64,000 bases of DNA from Cetorhinus maximus (lineage: Eukaryota). The notes beneath the pieces were generated by a model, which searched no databases, was not told the origin of the DNA, and worked only from the letters and a program-made list of their open reading frames with translations. The stretch is from NCBI RefSeq assembly GCF_964194155.1, contig NC_135901.1:2232001-2296000 (forward strand), given 5' to 3'. Shown one piece after another: positions 13,256 to 26,760 of the stretch. Position 1 is the stretch's first letter. Each line of letters opens with the position of its first letter. The position numbers were made by a program, and so were the translations under genes.

Positions 13256-14711
13256 GAAACCAAGAACTGTGATTGTACTCAAAAGAGTTGCAATCTGTGA
13301 CTGTTGATAACTCGAAAAGAGTATCTGTGAGGAAATCAATGTATTTATTGTATGTCTATTTATTTTCTAATTCTGGTCTTAAATTGTTGACTTGCAGGAA
13401 CTAAAAGGAAAAGAGTTAGTCCAGGGAGGGTGCAGTTTAGAAAGGTTGGCGCAATCTCTACTCTCAAAGACATTGACATCCTTTGCTCTCTCATCATGAC
13501 ACATTTATTTGTCTGGCTAAAAGAATGGTCTCTTTCCTGATGTACAGAATTAAAGGGATGGTTTCCCCAGAAGGCTGACATTTAAGAGGACATAGTAAGG
13601 TAGGACATGTCTTGTGTATAGATAGCGTACGTCTAGTGTCATATGTTATATTCTAGATATTGTTGGTTCTCTGATAAAGTACATTATTTATTTCCAATTT
13701 TGTAATGTAGCACTGTATATGTCCAGCTATTGAGTCATTATAGCATAGAAGGAGTCCATTTAAGGGACAGTAAATTAACATCAGGCAGAGATATGTCTAG
13801 TGCTGTTATATGATACATATTATTTATGATTCTTTAATTAGGTACATTCAGTTAATTTCTAGTCTTGTATTACAGAAATGTAGTTACGTTATATATTTCC
13901 AGTCACAGAGACATTACGGTACAAAAGGGTGTCCATTCGGCAACTCAAGTCCATGCCGACTCTCTGCAAAGCAATCCAATCAGTCCCGTTTCCCCTCTTT
14001 ATCCCCGTTCCTCTGCAATTTTATTTCCTTCAAATCAATTTCATGCATCCATCCAATTTCATTTTGAAATTATTGATCATCTTTTCTCCCAATACCCTCT
14101 GCGGCAGTGAGTTGCTGTATGTCTGTGTGTTCGGGACAGGAAGCAGTGAGAATGGATCTGCTGATCAGCATGAATTGGCACCTTCAGAAGAATTGGGAGG
14201 ATGTTTATTAGGTCCAACAGAGTGACAATGGAGGCAGGGTGTGTGGGACAGAGATTTACAACTTTGGGGGGAATGAGAGAAGAAAGAATGTTCCATTGGT
14301 TCTGAATTTCTATCCTGTACTGACTGATGACTTTTGTAAACTTCTTTTACAGGATATTTGAAGGGGTGGAATTACGGATGGGAAACTCAAATGAAGCATC
14401 ACGTTAAGATCTGATACAGCAACTTGATTCACCAAAATCTGAATATCATCAGTCTTTGATTCCATAAGAGAAAGGTTTGTCTGTTCTGTCTGCATCCATA
14501 ATTTTTAAAAATTAGTATGACTGGAAAAGCACTGAGAGACACACACACACCCAAGTGAGAGTGTTCCAGTAAACTGACTGTGGAAAGAGCCTTAGCCAGT
14601 TCCACAGCCTGTTCGCACCATTTACAATGGGAAGAGACCATACACATGTTTTGTGTGTGGACCAGGCTTCAGCTGACAGTCAAGCTAGAGAGAAACAAGG
14701 ACACTTGCATC

Positions 14712-15302
14712 ATGGAGAAACCGTGGAAATGTGAGGACTGTGTGAAGGCATTCAGATCTCCATCTTTGCTGGAGATTCATCGACGCACACACACTGGGGA
14801 GAGGCCGTTCACTTGCTCAGAGTGTGGGAAGGGATTCAGCGATTCATCCAACCTGCTGGCACACCAGCGGGTTCACACTGGGGAGAGGCCGTTCACCTGC
14901 TGTGTGTGTGGGAATGGATTCAGTCAACTATCCAACCTGTTGCGACATCAGCGAGTTCACACTGGGGAGAGGCCATTCACCTGCTCCCAGTGTAGGAAGG
15001 GATTCACTCGGTTATCCAGCCTGCAGACGCACCAGCGAGTTCACACTGGGGAGAGGCCATTCACCTGCTCCATCTGTGGGCAGGGATTCAGTGATTCATC
15101 CACCCTGCGGCAGCACCAACAACTGCACAGTGGGGAGAGGCCGCTCACCTGCTCTGAATGTGGGATGGGATTCACTCAGTTATCCAGGCTGCTCAGACAC
15201 CAGCCAGTTCATACTGGGGAGAGACCATTCACCTGCTCCGTGTGTGGGAAGGGGTTCACTCGGTTATCCAGCATGCTCAGACACCAGCGAGTTCACAAGT
15301 GA
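14712..15302 (+). CDS. C2H2 zinc-finger protein, 7 fingers, 196 aa
   Basis: MEKPWKCEDC... intact frame to TGA. Confidence 0.88.
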   Translation: MEKPWKCEDCVKAFRSPSLLEIHRRTHTGERPFTCSECGKGFSDSSNLLAHQRVHTGERPFTCCVCGNGFSQLSNLLRHQRVHTGERPFTCSQCRKGFTRLSSLQTHQRVHTGERPFTCSICGQGFSDSSTLRQHQQLHSGERPLTCSECGMGFTQLSRLLRHQPVHTGERPFTCSVCGKGFTRLSSMLRHQRVHK

Positions 15303-15339
15303 TCACAGTCATTGGATTCTGTTGTTATTCACATCCAGT

Positions 15340-17876
15340 GGAAAGGTAGACTGTATGAGAATGAAGATAGCTCTAACTATTGTGGAAAGGATAGTAGAAA
15401 TTAAAAATAAAGATACTCCCCAGAGTGGTAAAGAGATTATGTAGAGGATGGAAATGAGTCAAAAAGACTGATATGTTTTCACAGTCATAGAGTTGGACAT
15501 TTGAAATCAGATTGTTGGAGATTAAAAAGTAAACCAGTGGCATTGGTAAAAGTGGCTGGTGTTTCTCCAGAGAAAGTTGCACCAAAGGGGGAAGCTTGTG
15601 AGAAATCAATACCTTCTAATGTATTTACCATGGGTAAAAATAGAAACTTGAGGGATTATGAAGGATTTATATTTAAAAAGGAAGTCACTCCATTTTTGTC
15701 CAAGAAAGAGCCTGGAAAGATTGTTATCCTTAGAGACACTGGCTCATCTCAGAGCTTATTGTTAACAAAAGATTTAGACTTTTCTTCAAGATGTTCACTG
15801 AACAAAAATGTATTGGTTCGCGGTGTTGATGGGGAATGTGTGCCTATCCCATTGTGTAAAGTCAGTTTAAACTAGGCTCTCATAGAAGGTCTGTTATTGT
15901 TGGTGTTATGATTATGTATGTACATTTTATATTGGGGAATGATATCGGCTCCTCTGACAGCACAAACCCACGACCACTACCATCTAGAAGGACAAGGTCA
16001 GCAGACACATGGGAACACCACCACCTGGAAGTTCCCCTCCAAGTCACCACCATCCTGACTTGGAAATATATCGCCGTTCCTTCACTGTCGCTGGGTCAAA
16101 ATCCTGGAACTTCCTTCCTAACAGCACTGTGGGTGTACCGACACCACATGAACTGCAGCAGTCCAAGAAGGCAGCTCACCACCACCTTCTCAAGGGCAAC
16201 TAGGGATGGGCAATAAATGCTGGCCCAGCCAGCGAAGCCCACATCCCGTGAATTTAAAAAAAAATAGTAGGTGATATTGTTTTTCCACTTTCTGGGACCG
16301 TGTTCACAGTTCAGAAGATGTTCCTGTGAGTAAAAAAAACCCTCGTCTATTCGTGACCCGGTTAAGCAACAAACTGATACAAATAAAGATATTGATGTGT
16401 CCACCCTAGTCATGGACGGGGCAGAGTCAGGAAAAGTGCCTGAAACATCTCAAGATAAAAGCCCACCACAGAAGTAACTAAGATCTAAAATATACCCTAA
16501 AGGATTAATGACATCGAACACTGAATTATATGTAGCTGCCTGTGCTGAGACAGAACAAGATATAACAGCAGCAGGAGTTCAGGCAAAGGGACGGTTCACA
16601 GAAAAAACACTTCAAACTCCAAAATGATTGGAATGAAATAGTTTGTGAGTGACGTGGAAGACTCAAAATGTTTGAAAAAAGAATTGAAAGTCCAGAATGA
16701 AGAAGCTGTCAACATCACTGGAAAGAAATTAAATTAAACTCGATCTGAATGAGATTAGGTGAACCGAAAGGATTATAAACTGTTCAAAGACCAGACCACA
16801 CAGGAGTATCAAAAATTTTTGCTTGAACATAAAAAGCATTTTGTGATGAGAGATGTATATTTTTATATTTTTGTGATGATGTTTTGTGTGTAGAAAGCTG
16901 GGGGTGTGTGTCCAGGGTTAATTAAGCAAGGGGGAGGTTACTAGAGACAGGTTGTCTGTGAGGTCTAAGAGATGAAAGGTTAAAGGTGTTAGGTTTGTGC
17001 ATGTGGTGCAGAGGTTATGGTGGGTTTGAGTTACAAGTAAATAGGTTGGTTCTGAAATTTGCGTTGTGATATCAGTGGGAAATGGGTTTTTCAGCTTTGA
17101 ATTTCAAAAAGGGAGTTCAGAAGTAACAGGGGACATTTGCATCTAACAGGGATTCTATGAGTAATTAGGGGAAGGCATATTAAATTTTATTGACCCAAAA
17201 GTAGAGGCAAAACAGAAAACATGAAATATTTTTATATTTGGAGAAGTTGAGTTTCAAAGAGGTGTTTCAGGACAATGGAACCTGAGATGAAAGGGGAAAA
17301 AGATATTTAAGGAAAGGGGTGTTTAACTGTTGAGGGTTGCTGTGGGTGAACCCACTGAGGTTCAGCTTCTCTGTGTGTGTGCGGCTAAGAAACTGTAAAA
17401 GTTTAGAATTGGAGGCAGCCACCCAGTGTTAAGCCAGGAGTCTTTGTTTTAGGAAACAGTTTGTTTCTGAACCTTCTTTTGGAATCCCATATCAGAGTGG
17501 AAGTACCTGAGAAGTCGTGAGGTACACCTTTATTAAAGTGATAATAATTCCTTGACTTGGATAATGTTTACTGGATTTTTATGGTTAAAATCTATAAGGG
17601 ATTGTTGCCAAAAAGGTAGTGCAGTCGTGCACTTTTGACCAAGCATATTTTTGAGGGTTGTTCTGTAAGGCTGTTCTAACTTTTATCTTGTGCGCTTAAG
17701 TTTTCCTTTTTAATAAATCCTTTAATTTTAAAAATTCTAAAGGTATGACTGGAGTTCTGTGTTTTTGAAGTCAGTAGCTCTTCCTCCTTGTTTTCACAAA
17801 AAAAGTTTATGATCAGCGAGACAGACTTCACTCGAGTCTGACTTGCTCAGCAATAACATCAGCTGTGGTCGTAACA
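15340..17876 (+). mobile_element. Gypsy-type LTR retrotransposon remnant (gag knuckle, protease, probable 3' LTR)
   Basis: Degenerate zinc knuckle (GHLKSDC) and aspartic protease ILRDTGSSQSLL. LTR-like segment about 16850-17876 with AATAAA, ending in ..gtaaca. It replaces the ZNF 3' UTR. Confidence 0.65.
15945..16265 (+). mobile_element. LINE 3' end nested in the Gypsy remnant
   Basis: SWNFLPNSTVG..KKAAHHHLLKGN* followed by tagggatgggcaataaatgctggc..poly(A). The same tail ends the SINE at 55880. Confidence 0.7.
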
Positions 17877-18249
17877 TTTTGAGTGACATTCTTAAAATGG
17901 CAAAAGAAGATTTTTACCAGTGACCTACACAGCAGATTAGCTTGGAAGCATTGGAAAAATAACAAGGGACTGAGCAGCCACAGTCAAGAGATGATAAATG
18001 AAAGTTTAACCTCTGAGAATAGCTGGAACTGAGGAGAACTCTCCACAGCACTGTGACATACTTGATGTGCCTTATGAGAGAATCATGGGGAAACTAAGAT
18101 GTAAACCTGAGGGCACAACATATGTAGTTAAAAACCATATTAAGTATTAGTACTTGCTTTGTTTAATTCTTTTATATACAATAAAGTTTGTTTTGGTAAA
18201 AAAAACAAGTGAAATCTTGTTGTGTAGCTTTATTGGCTAAAATGAGGTG

Positions 18250-18727
18250 TTTGGCTTTCTTTTGAGCGTAGTGACAATGCCAAGGCCGTTCCTTGTTTCC
18301 TCCTTGGTTGGGACGTAACATGTGTCCACATGTCCACTTCATTCTTCCACTGGTCATATGGCTCAGACTCCGAGAGCATTCGTGGGTAATCAGACCCTGA
18401 CAATTTCCACTTGCTTTCAGCCATTTCTCACAAAAGCTGCTAGGATTGTAGGTCTCTGTGTGAAATCTTATTTTCCTTGCGTTTCAAACCTTCACCATTA
18501 GACAAACATTCTCTGTTACCATGTTATAATACTGATAGCCTTATGGTAAAAGAAGAAACTGCAGCCAATCTTTACTTGGTATAGATTTATTCACAGAGTG
18601 AAACATTACAGCTATAGGCCTCCTGGTTCCACTCTATGTCAGTAAGTGTCTCTTATACGGGCTTATGTAACCATCCAATCAATGCCCTCCACCTGCAGAT
18701 ACTTAACCTCAATTGATACAATTAACA
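18250..18727 (-). mobile_element. Copia-type 5' LTR (18522-18727), PBS and gag start
   Basis: TGTTA...TAACA termini, immediately followed on the minus strand by tggtaacagag (tRNA-Met-like PBS), then the ORF MAESKWKLSGSDYP..PYDQWKNEVDMW. Confidence 0.75.
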
Positions 18728-19846
18728 CCAACGGTCAGAGCATCTAAAAGGCTCTAATTTGTGTGACTGCCATGGTGTCTCAGCAGCTCGGATGAATGAG
18801 TGATTCCTTCCCACAAACTGAGCAGGTGAACAAATCTCTCCATTGTGAATTCGCTGGTGCCTCAGCAGGTTGGATAAATCACTGAATCCTTTCCCACACA
18901 CGGAGCAAGTGAATGGCCTCTCTCCACTGTGAACTCGCTGGTGTGTCTGCAAGTGGGATGACTGAGTGAATCCTTTCCCACACTCAGAGCAGGTGAACAG
19001 CTTCTCCTCACTGTGAACTTGCTGATGTCTCTGCAGGTTGGATGAATCACCGAATCCCTTCCCACAGTCAGAACAGGTGAACGGCTTCTCCCTGATGTGA
19101 ACTCGCTGGTGTTTCAGTAAATCGTACGACATTCTAAAGCTCTTTGCGCAGTGACAGCAGCTGAACGGTCTCTCCTCAGTGTGAGTTCCTACCTGATGGT
19201 CCATCAGCGCTTAGTGTGTAAAGCAGCTCCCACAGTCAGAGCATTGAACAGGTTTCCCATTGGTCTGAGTACCTTGGCGCCCCAGCGGACTGGGCTGACT
19301 GAATCCCTTCCCACACATGGAGCAGGTGAATCGCCTCTGCCTGGTATGAATGTGCTGGTGTCTCACCAGGCTGGATAACTGAGTGAATCCCTTCCCACAC
19401 TGAGAGCAGGTGATTGGCTTCTCCCTGGTGTGAATGTGTTGGTGTGTCAGCAGGAGGGATGAGTGAGTGAATCCCTTCCCACACTCAGAGCAAGTGAACA
19501 ACCCCTCACCAGTGTGAAATCGCTCATGATTCCACAGGGCAGATGACCGTGTGAATCCCTTTCCACACATGGAGCAAGTGAACGGTCTCTCCCCAGTGTG
19601 AACTCACTGGTGTATCAGCAGGTTGGATGAATCACTGAATCCCTTCCCACACTCAGAGCAGGTGAATGGTCTCTCCCTGGTGTGAACTCGCTGATGTCTC
19701 CGCAGGGTGGATGAATCAATGAATCCCTTTCCACACACGGAGCAGATGAACGGCTTCTCCCCGCTGTGGCTGCGCTGATGAGTTTCCAGTTCACAGGGGG
19801 CACGGAATCCCTTCCCACAGTCCCCACATTTCCATGGTTTCTCCAT
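18728..19846 (-). pseudogene. ZNF pseudogene (about 13 fingers; internal stops, frameshift, 3' end cut by LTR)
   Basis: MEKPWKC at 19846, TGA in finger 3 (19604-19606), a further break near 19210, and the frame runs into the Copia LTR. Confidence 0.82.
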
Positions 19847-21189
19847 GGTGTGGGGGTCCTTGTGTCTCTCCAAGTTCTACAATCAGTTGAAGCCTCATCT
19901 ACACACACAACACGTGTCTGGTTTCTCCCTGCTGTGAATGTTTTTCAGCTCTGTAACTGGTTAAAGCTCCTTTCATAGTCAGTGCAGTGGCACACATTCA
20001 CGAGGGTGTGTGCATCTCAGTGCTTTTCAAGTTAGATTAATGTTTAAAACCTTTTGAAACAGGCAGACATTTCTCTTTCTAAATTCATAGGCTGATGTCA
20101 CTCACGTCCCAATGCGTTGGGTAGCTCTGTCAAATCTTGACGTGATGTTTGGTTTGATATTTCTGTCTGTAAATCCTCCTCTTCTAATATCCTGTAAAAG
20201 GAGTTTACAAAAGTGATCACTGTCAGTACAGGATAGAAATTCAGAATAGACAATTCAAATTTCTATGGAACATTCTTTCCTCCCTCAATCCCCAAAAGCT
20301 GTAAACCTCAGTCCCACACTCTCCCTCTATCCTCACTCTGCTGTACCTAAAACACACCCTCCCAATTCTCCTGAAGGTTCTGATTCATGCTGATCGACAG
20401 ATCCATGCTCACTGCTTCCTGTACTGGACACAGAGACCTGAAAATCTTCATGCAGGCTGTCAGCCTAATATAAATATGTTTATGTTACTAGACTAAAAAT
20501 TAGTATAATGTACAGTCCCGTATCACTTGGTTAGAGGAAAAGCTCCATTTATGCAGTGAGTGGTCATGACCTGGTGAAAGTGAAGACAATCAATGATTCA
20601 AAATGAAATTGGATGTGCAGTTGAAAAAATGAACTTGCCGGGGAACCAAGATATAAAGGGGGAATGGGGCTGACTGGATTGCTATACAGGGAGTCGGCAT
20701 GGACTTGAGTTGTCAAATAGAATCCTTCTGTGCCACAATGACTCTGTGACTGGAAATATATAACGTAGCTACAGTACTATATTAGAAGATTAAAAATAAC
20801 AAAATGTGTTATAGAGCCATAAATATTATACCTAATATGTAACATATAACAACACTAGACATATCTTTGTTGTTATGATTCCCATGGAGACCGATAACGT
20901 TAAAATAAACACATTCCCAGACAAACCCAATGGAATAAACCGAAGGACAAGGTTTCACTTTTTTAATTTTTCCTGTAACAATCAAACTAAAATCAACACA
21001 AATGAAACATGCATTAACAGACAAGCAGGATTTGAACAGACAGGATAAATTTGACCTGAAACAGTTTATACAATAAAAGCAGGTTCCACAAAATCACCAG
21101 CATTTCCCCCCTCAGCATATTTGGCACTAATTCCAGTTACAGAGTCCCACAACTCTCTGTACTTCCCAGGGGAGGGAAAGAAAGTGTTT

Positions 21190-21730
21190 TACTCACAGAT
21201 GTTAGACAGAGGAGGAAGTTTTAGTGTCTGTGCGAAGTTAATAACAAACGCTATGCTGTTTAAAATCAAACTCAGAAATAAATGAAGGGAAGACATTTTG
21301 TAAACACCTCCCCCCCCCCCCAGCGCGCAGGCGCAGAAAGCGCTGCTGACCCGAGCTGTCCGGAGCAGGCGCAGTGCGGCTGCCGCCAGCGGTCACTCTC
21401 GATCTATTTTTGGACCCAGCCAACTGCCGTAGACAGTGGGGGGGGGAGGGGGAATTCACCGAGCGGCTTCTCGCTCTGGCCGGGGCCGACAGCTGGTTAC
21501 CCAGAAACCTTGGCTCGAGGAGGTGCAGGGGGAGCGGGAACAATGGGTGGGGGGCGGGACTCCCGTGTCAGCGCGCCTGGCCTGCAGACTACAACCCGAG
21601 GACGTCACCGCGGGGCAGAGTGATTCCCATTGGCTGATTCAGGCAAGGTTCCATGGTGGACATCACAGTGCGGAAGTTGGACAATGAGCTTCAGACTAAA
21701 ACGTCCTCCTCTGGGTAACATCTGTGGGGA
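21190..21730. promoter_or_regulatory. Bidirectional CpG-island promoter, type-2 copy 2
   Basis: Paralog of 12640-13190, between divergent ZNF copies. Confidence 0.75.
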
Positions 21731-21904
21731 AATCAATGTTTCCTCATTTCTATTTATTTTCTAATTCTGGGCTTAAATTGTTCAATTGCGGGAATTGAAG
21801 GTAGGAAGTGAATCCAGGCAGGGTGGAGACTCTAGAAAGGTTGCCCCAGGACTCAGTAAAAAGGGTGGTTTGTCCAGGTAATGGCTGGAATTTAACGGTA
21901 CAGT

Positions 21905-22330
21905 AATATGAGAAAATGCTGAGCTGGTTAAACCTTAACTCAATGGAGCTCAGAAGAATGAGAGGTGATTTTATTGAAACAAATAGGATCCTGAGGCTGT
22001 TTGACAGGGTAGATGCTTGGAGAATGCTTCACCTCGCATGGGATTCTAGAATTAGGGGTCACAGTATAAAAATAAGTGTTCTCTCATTTAAGGTGGGGAG
22101 GAATTTCTTCTCTCAGAGGGGCATTACTCTTTGGAATTCTCTTCCACAGGGAGTACTGCAGGCTGGGTCATTGAAGACATTCAAGGCAGAGTTGGACACA
22201 TTTTTGACCGACAAGGGAATCAGCATTATGGGGACAGGCAGGAATGTGCAGTTCAGGCCACATCAAATCAAGTAGGATCTTATTGAATGGTGGAGCAGGC
22301 TTGATGGGATGAATGGCCTTCTCCTTATCC
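21905..22330 (+). mobile_element. CR1 3' fragment in a ZNF intron
   Basis: RRMRGDFIE..NFFSQR..LWNSLP. A similar fragment sits in the same intron at about 50930-51510. Confidence 0.8.
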
Positions 22331-22926
22331 ATTTCTTATAATCTCTCCAGGAAAGGAAGCAGTGAGCATGGATCTGTTCAGGAGAATTGCGACGGTGAAT
22401 TTTTGGCACAGCAGAATGAGAATGGAGCGATTGTGTGTGGGATAGAGATTTACAGGTTTTAGGGAACAAGAGATGAAAGAATGTGCCGTAGAAACGAGAA
22501 TTGCCTGTTCTGAATTTCCCACCTTTACTGACAGTGATGACTTTTCTAAACTCCTTTTACAGGATATTAGAAGGGGAGGATTCGTAGTCAGAAATCTCAA
22601 ACCAAACATCATGTCAAGATCTGACGGAGTCACTCAATTCATCGGGACCTGAATATCATCAGCCTTTGAATCTAATGGAGAAATGTTTGTCTGTTCTGAT
22701 TGCTTCATAAGGTTTTAAAGTTCATTGTGACTGGAAAAGCATCAAGATGCACACGCCCACGTGAGAGTGTTCTCGTGCACTGACTGTGGAAACAATATTA
22801 AGCATTTACACAGCTTGACAAAAACATCAGACCATTCACAGCATGGAGTGACTGTACACGAGTTCTGTTTGTGGATGAGTCCTCAACTGATCGTCGAACC
22901 TGGAGAGTCACAAGGACACCCACACC

Positions 22927-23517
22927 ATGGAGAAACGGTGGAAATGTGGGGACTGTGGGAAGGGATTCCAGTCCCCTTCTGCACTCGAAATTCATCGACG
23001 CATTCACACCGGGGAGAGGCCATTCACGTGCTTTCTGTGTGGGAAGGGATTCGCTCGGTCATCCAACCTGCTGACACACCAGCGAGTTCACACAGGGGAG
23101 AGGACATTCACTTGCTCTGTGTGTGGGAAGGGATTCACTCGGTCATCCAACCTGCTGACACACCAGCGAGTTCACACCGGGGAGAGGCCATTCAGCTGCT
23201 CTGAGTGTGGGAAGGGATTCGCTCATTTTTCCGCCCTGCAGACACACCAGCGAATCCACACTGGGGAGAGGCCATTCACCTGCTCTGTGTGTGGGAAAGG
23301 ATTCACTCAGTTATCCAGCCTGCTGAGACACCAGCGAGTTCACACTGAGGAGAGACCATTCACCTGCTCTGCTTGTGGGAAGGAGTTCAGTAATTCATAC
23401 AACTTGTTGACACACCAGCGAGTTCACACTGGGGAGAGGCCGTTCACGTGTTCTGACTGTGGGAAAGGATTCACTCAGTTAGCCAACCTGTTGAGACACC
23501 AGCGAGTTCACAAGTGA
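22927..23517 (+). CDS. C2H2 zinc-finger protein, 7 fingers, 196 aa
   Basis: [10 protein letters not shown]... intact frame. Confidence 0.9.
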   Translation: MEKRWKCGDCGKGFQSPSALEIHRRIHTGERPFTCFLCGKGFARSSNLLTHQRVHTGERTFTCSVCGKGFTRSSNLLTHQRVHTGERPFSCSECGKGFAHFSALQTHQRIHTGERPFTCSVCGKGFTQLSSLLRHQRVHTEERPFTCSACGKEFSNSYNLLTHQRVHTGERPFTCSDCGKGFTQLANLLRHQRVHK

Positions 23518-23548
23518 TTACAGGGGCTGGATTCTGCTGTTATTGCTA

Positions 23549-24115
23549 CTGGTATAAGATACTAGTTCGACCTCAGCTGGAGTATTGTGTACAGTTCTGG
23601 GCACCATACTATAGGAAGGATGTGAATGGATTAGAGACAGTGCAGAAGAGGTTTATGGGAATGGCTCCAGGGATCAGAAATTTCAGTTATGAGGATAGGT
23701 TGGAGAGGTTGGAACTGTTCTCCTTGGAGGAGGGAAGGCTAAGAGGAGAGTTGATAGAGGTGTCCAAAATTATGAGGGGGCTGGACAGAGCACATAGGGA
23801 GAAACTCAAAGAAGGGTCAAGAATGAGGGGGCACAGATTTAAAGTGAGTTGCAAAAGAAGCAAATGCGATGTGAGAGAAAAACCTTTTCACGCAGCGAGT
23901 GGTTTGAATCTGGAATGTACAGCCTGGGAGTGTGATGGAGGCAGGTTCAATTGAGGCATTCAAGAGGACATTGGATGATTATTTGAATGGAAACAATGTG
24001 CAAGGATACGGGAAAAAGGCAGGTCAATGGCACTAAGCCATAATGATCATCCGGAGAGCCAGTGCAGACTGGATGGGCCGAGTGGCCTCTTGTGCCATAA
24101 CAATTATGTGATTCT
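23549..24115 (+). mobile_element. CR1 3' fragment inserted in the ZNF 3' UTR
   Basis: LVRPQLEYCVQFWAP motif; it splits the conserved UTR and is absent at the paralogous site near 53245. Confidence 0.85.
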
Positions 24116-26034
24116 GTTAACCACATCCAGGACTGAACAATGTTCATTCTGACAATTGGTGAAGTGGGAGGGTCAGAGGGTTTCTGCTGGGCTGGCTGGT
24201 CTCACAACTTTGCTTCCAGTGAGCTGATGTTCTTTGAGCCTGGGAGTGCACATTCCCACTGAAATGAGCCACAAAAGCTGATGAAGAAAATTTATTTTAT
24301 CCAGGATAGTAAATAGTGTCCTTCCTACCACTACAGGTAGATCTAAAATATATAGATTTGTCTCTGTTCCATGGAGTTTACAGCACAGGCCAGGTCAGTC
24401 AGCACAATTGGTCTATGTCAGTACTTATGCTCCACATGGGCTTCTACCCAACCTCTTCATCTTCCCCATCAGCATATCCTTCTACTCCCGTCTCCCTCAT
24501 GTATGTATCTAGCTTCCTCTTCAATGTATTCATGTTATTCAGCTCAACCACTGGCTGTGGTAGTGAGTTCCACTTTCTCACCACTTGCTGGGTAAAGAGG
24601 TTTCTCATGAAATCCCTATTGGATTATTGAACCCCTTCATAATCTTAAAGACTTCCATCAGGTCACCCTTCAGCCTTCTTTTTTCTACAGCAAAGCACCC
24701 CAACCTTTCCTGAGGTTTAACTGCATTATTCTTGTGAGTCTTTGTTGCCCCTTCTCCAGTGCCTCTATTTCCTTTTTCTAAATGGAAATCACAAATATTG
24801 AAACTACTCCCAGTGTAGTCTAACCATGGTTCTAAACAAGTTGACCTCCCTAGTATCTAGTGAACTAGTATCTTATACCAGTAGCATAACCTCCCTGCTT
24901 CTCAATTCTGTTCCTCTAGAAAGGGACCCTACATATGGGCCCACATTGAAGGAAAGATGTGAAATTCTTTGAGGCTGGAAACAGCATTTGCGAGATGGCA
25001 GACTTCAGCTAGTTGGAGAGACTGGAGCTGCTGAAATTCCTCTCTTTGTGTCGTCGAATCATTAGGATAAGGAATGGGACCGTTCAGCCAATCAATTGCA
25101 TGACAGCTCTCCAGAGTAAACCGGTCAGTCCTATTGTCCCATTCCATCCCCACATCCCTGTAGGTTTATTTCCCACAAGTTCCCACCCAACTTCCTTTCA
25201 AAATCACTCCATCATCTCTGCTTCTATCACTCTCATTGGAAGCAGATTCAGGGTCTTTGCCACTCACTTTAAATGGCCACAAGGCTCAGAGAGCACAGAT
25301 GGAGCACATTAGGCCCATCATGCTCATGCTGGCTCTTTGAAAAACTACCCAATTAATTCAGTCGCCCTGCAGTTTACTTTTGCTTTCAAGAATCTGTCCA
25401 GTTCCCTTTTAAAAGATCGAGCTGAATCTGTTTCTCGCAATGTTTTCAGGGAGTGAATTCTAAATCACAACAACTCACTGTTTTAAAACAAATAATTCAG
25501 GATATAGTGTGTTTGAAGTTTCACGTAGTATTCGAGATGGGATCAAAGACGTGATTATTACACAAAATTAAGGCTCAATCTTTATCAATGGTTTTGATGA
25601 GGAGATTGAAATATATCCAAGTTTGTGGACAATCAGAAAAAAATGCATTTCTGTAGCACCTCTCAGGACCACAGGACTCCCTAAAGCGTTTTACAGCCAA
25701 TGAAGCAGTTTTGATGTATAGTCAATGGTATAATGTAGGAAACTGTAGGTAGGTCTGCGTAATGAAATTCAGTTTTAAAAATCAATCACTTTCATAATAT
25801 ATTCACTGTTATAAGGAACAAGGTCAAGGAAGCCATTTTAACCTGTACAAGGATTGTTGCCTTTTCACATTCTGCAACTTCACTTTATTGACTATATGTT
25901 CATTTTGTATTAAAGCCCATCATAAAACATATGATTATTGAGTAATGAGCCTTGATTAAGTTATCATTAGTCACTCAATGTAAAAGACAATTATATTGTA
26001 ATGGCTGGATCTTTATTTTTAAACATTAAGACTG

Positions 26035-26760
26035 GAAAAGGAGACACGTCTAAGCTTTTCATCTTGCACTCATCAGGACACTTGCAAGAATACTAATATA
26101 AGGGTGTAACAACAATTTATACTGTATGTGAAGAGAGTGCTGATTGGTTGGCAAGTGGCATTGCCATGGGGAATGCACCACTGATGGTGACTGACAGTTA
26201 GCTTCCAAGCATTGTTTGAAATTTAAACCAGGTAGTTTGACCCTGATTGGTCAAGACATTGCCCTGAGGAATGAGTCAGCGATTGACTGTCACTTATTTT
26301 GTTTAGCTGAAACTGACACAATGTATGTACTTGTTCTTTCTGCCTGCAAAGAACAGGGCCCTGTGTATTAATATGTGTAGCTTCCTGTACATGCAAATGT
26401 GCCACATTGCAAGCCCAACTGACAATCTTAAATTGGTTGTCAGCATAATTCTTAGCACATTGAAGGTAGGCCTGTGGTAGACCGTGGTAGATAATCCCCT
26501 GGCAGATTTCTCAACTAGTATGTCAAGGAAAGGGAGTTCATTTGACTGCTCCATTTCAAAGGTGAATTTGAGTACAGGATAGAGCCTTCATTGGTCAACA
26601 TACGCATTGGGATTCTTACAGCTGCACACACTATAAGACTGGCCCTATCGACAACTTTGTAAATAGGGCACATCAAAGGCATCCTGAGGAATAATGGCCA
26701 CCCTGATCAAATTGTTTTGTGCTGTACATCATGCAAACTCATGAACGGGCCTAAGGCCAT
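26035..26760 (-). mobile_element. Rearranged Penelope-like fragments
   Basis: Reverse-complement similarity to 8160-9270 (MEQSNELPFLD), followed by a short plus-oriented piece. Confidence 0.7.

Noticed and set aside
14824-15444. Alternative-frame ORFs over ZNF arrays (GRDS.., WEGIH..)
   Set aside because: Shadow frames of the 84-bp finger repeat.
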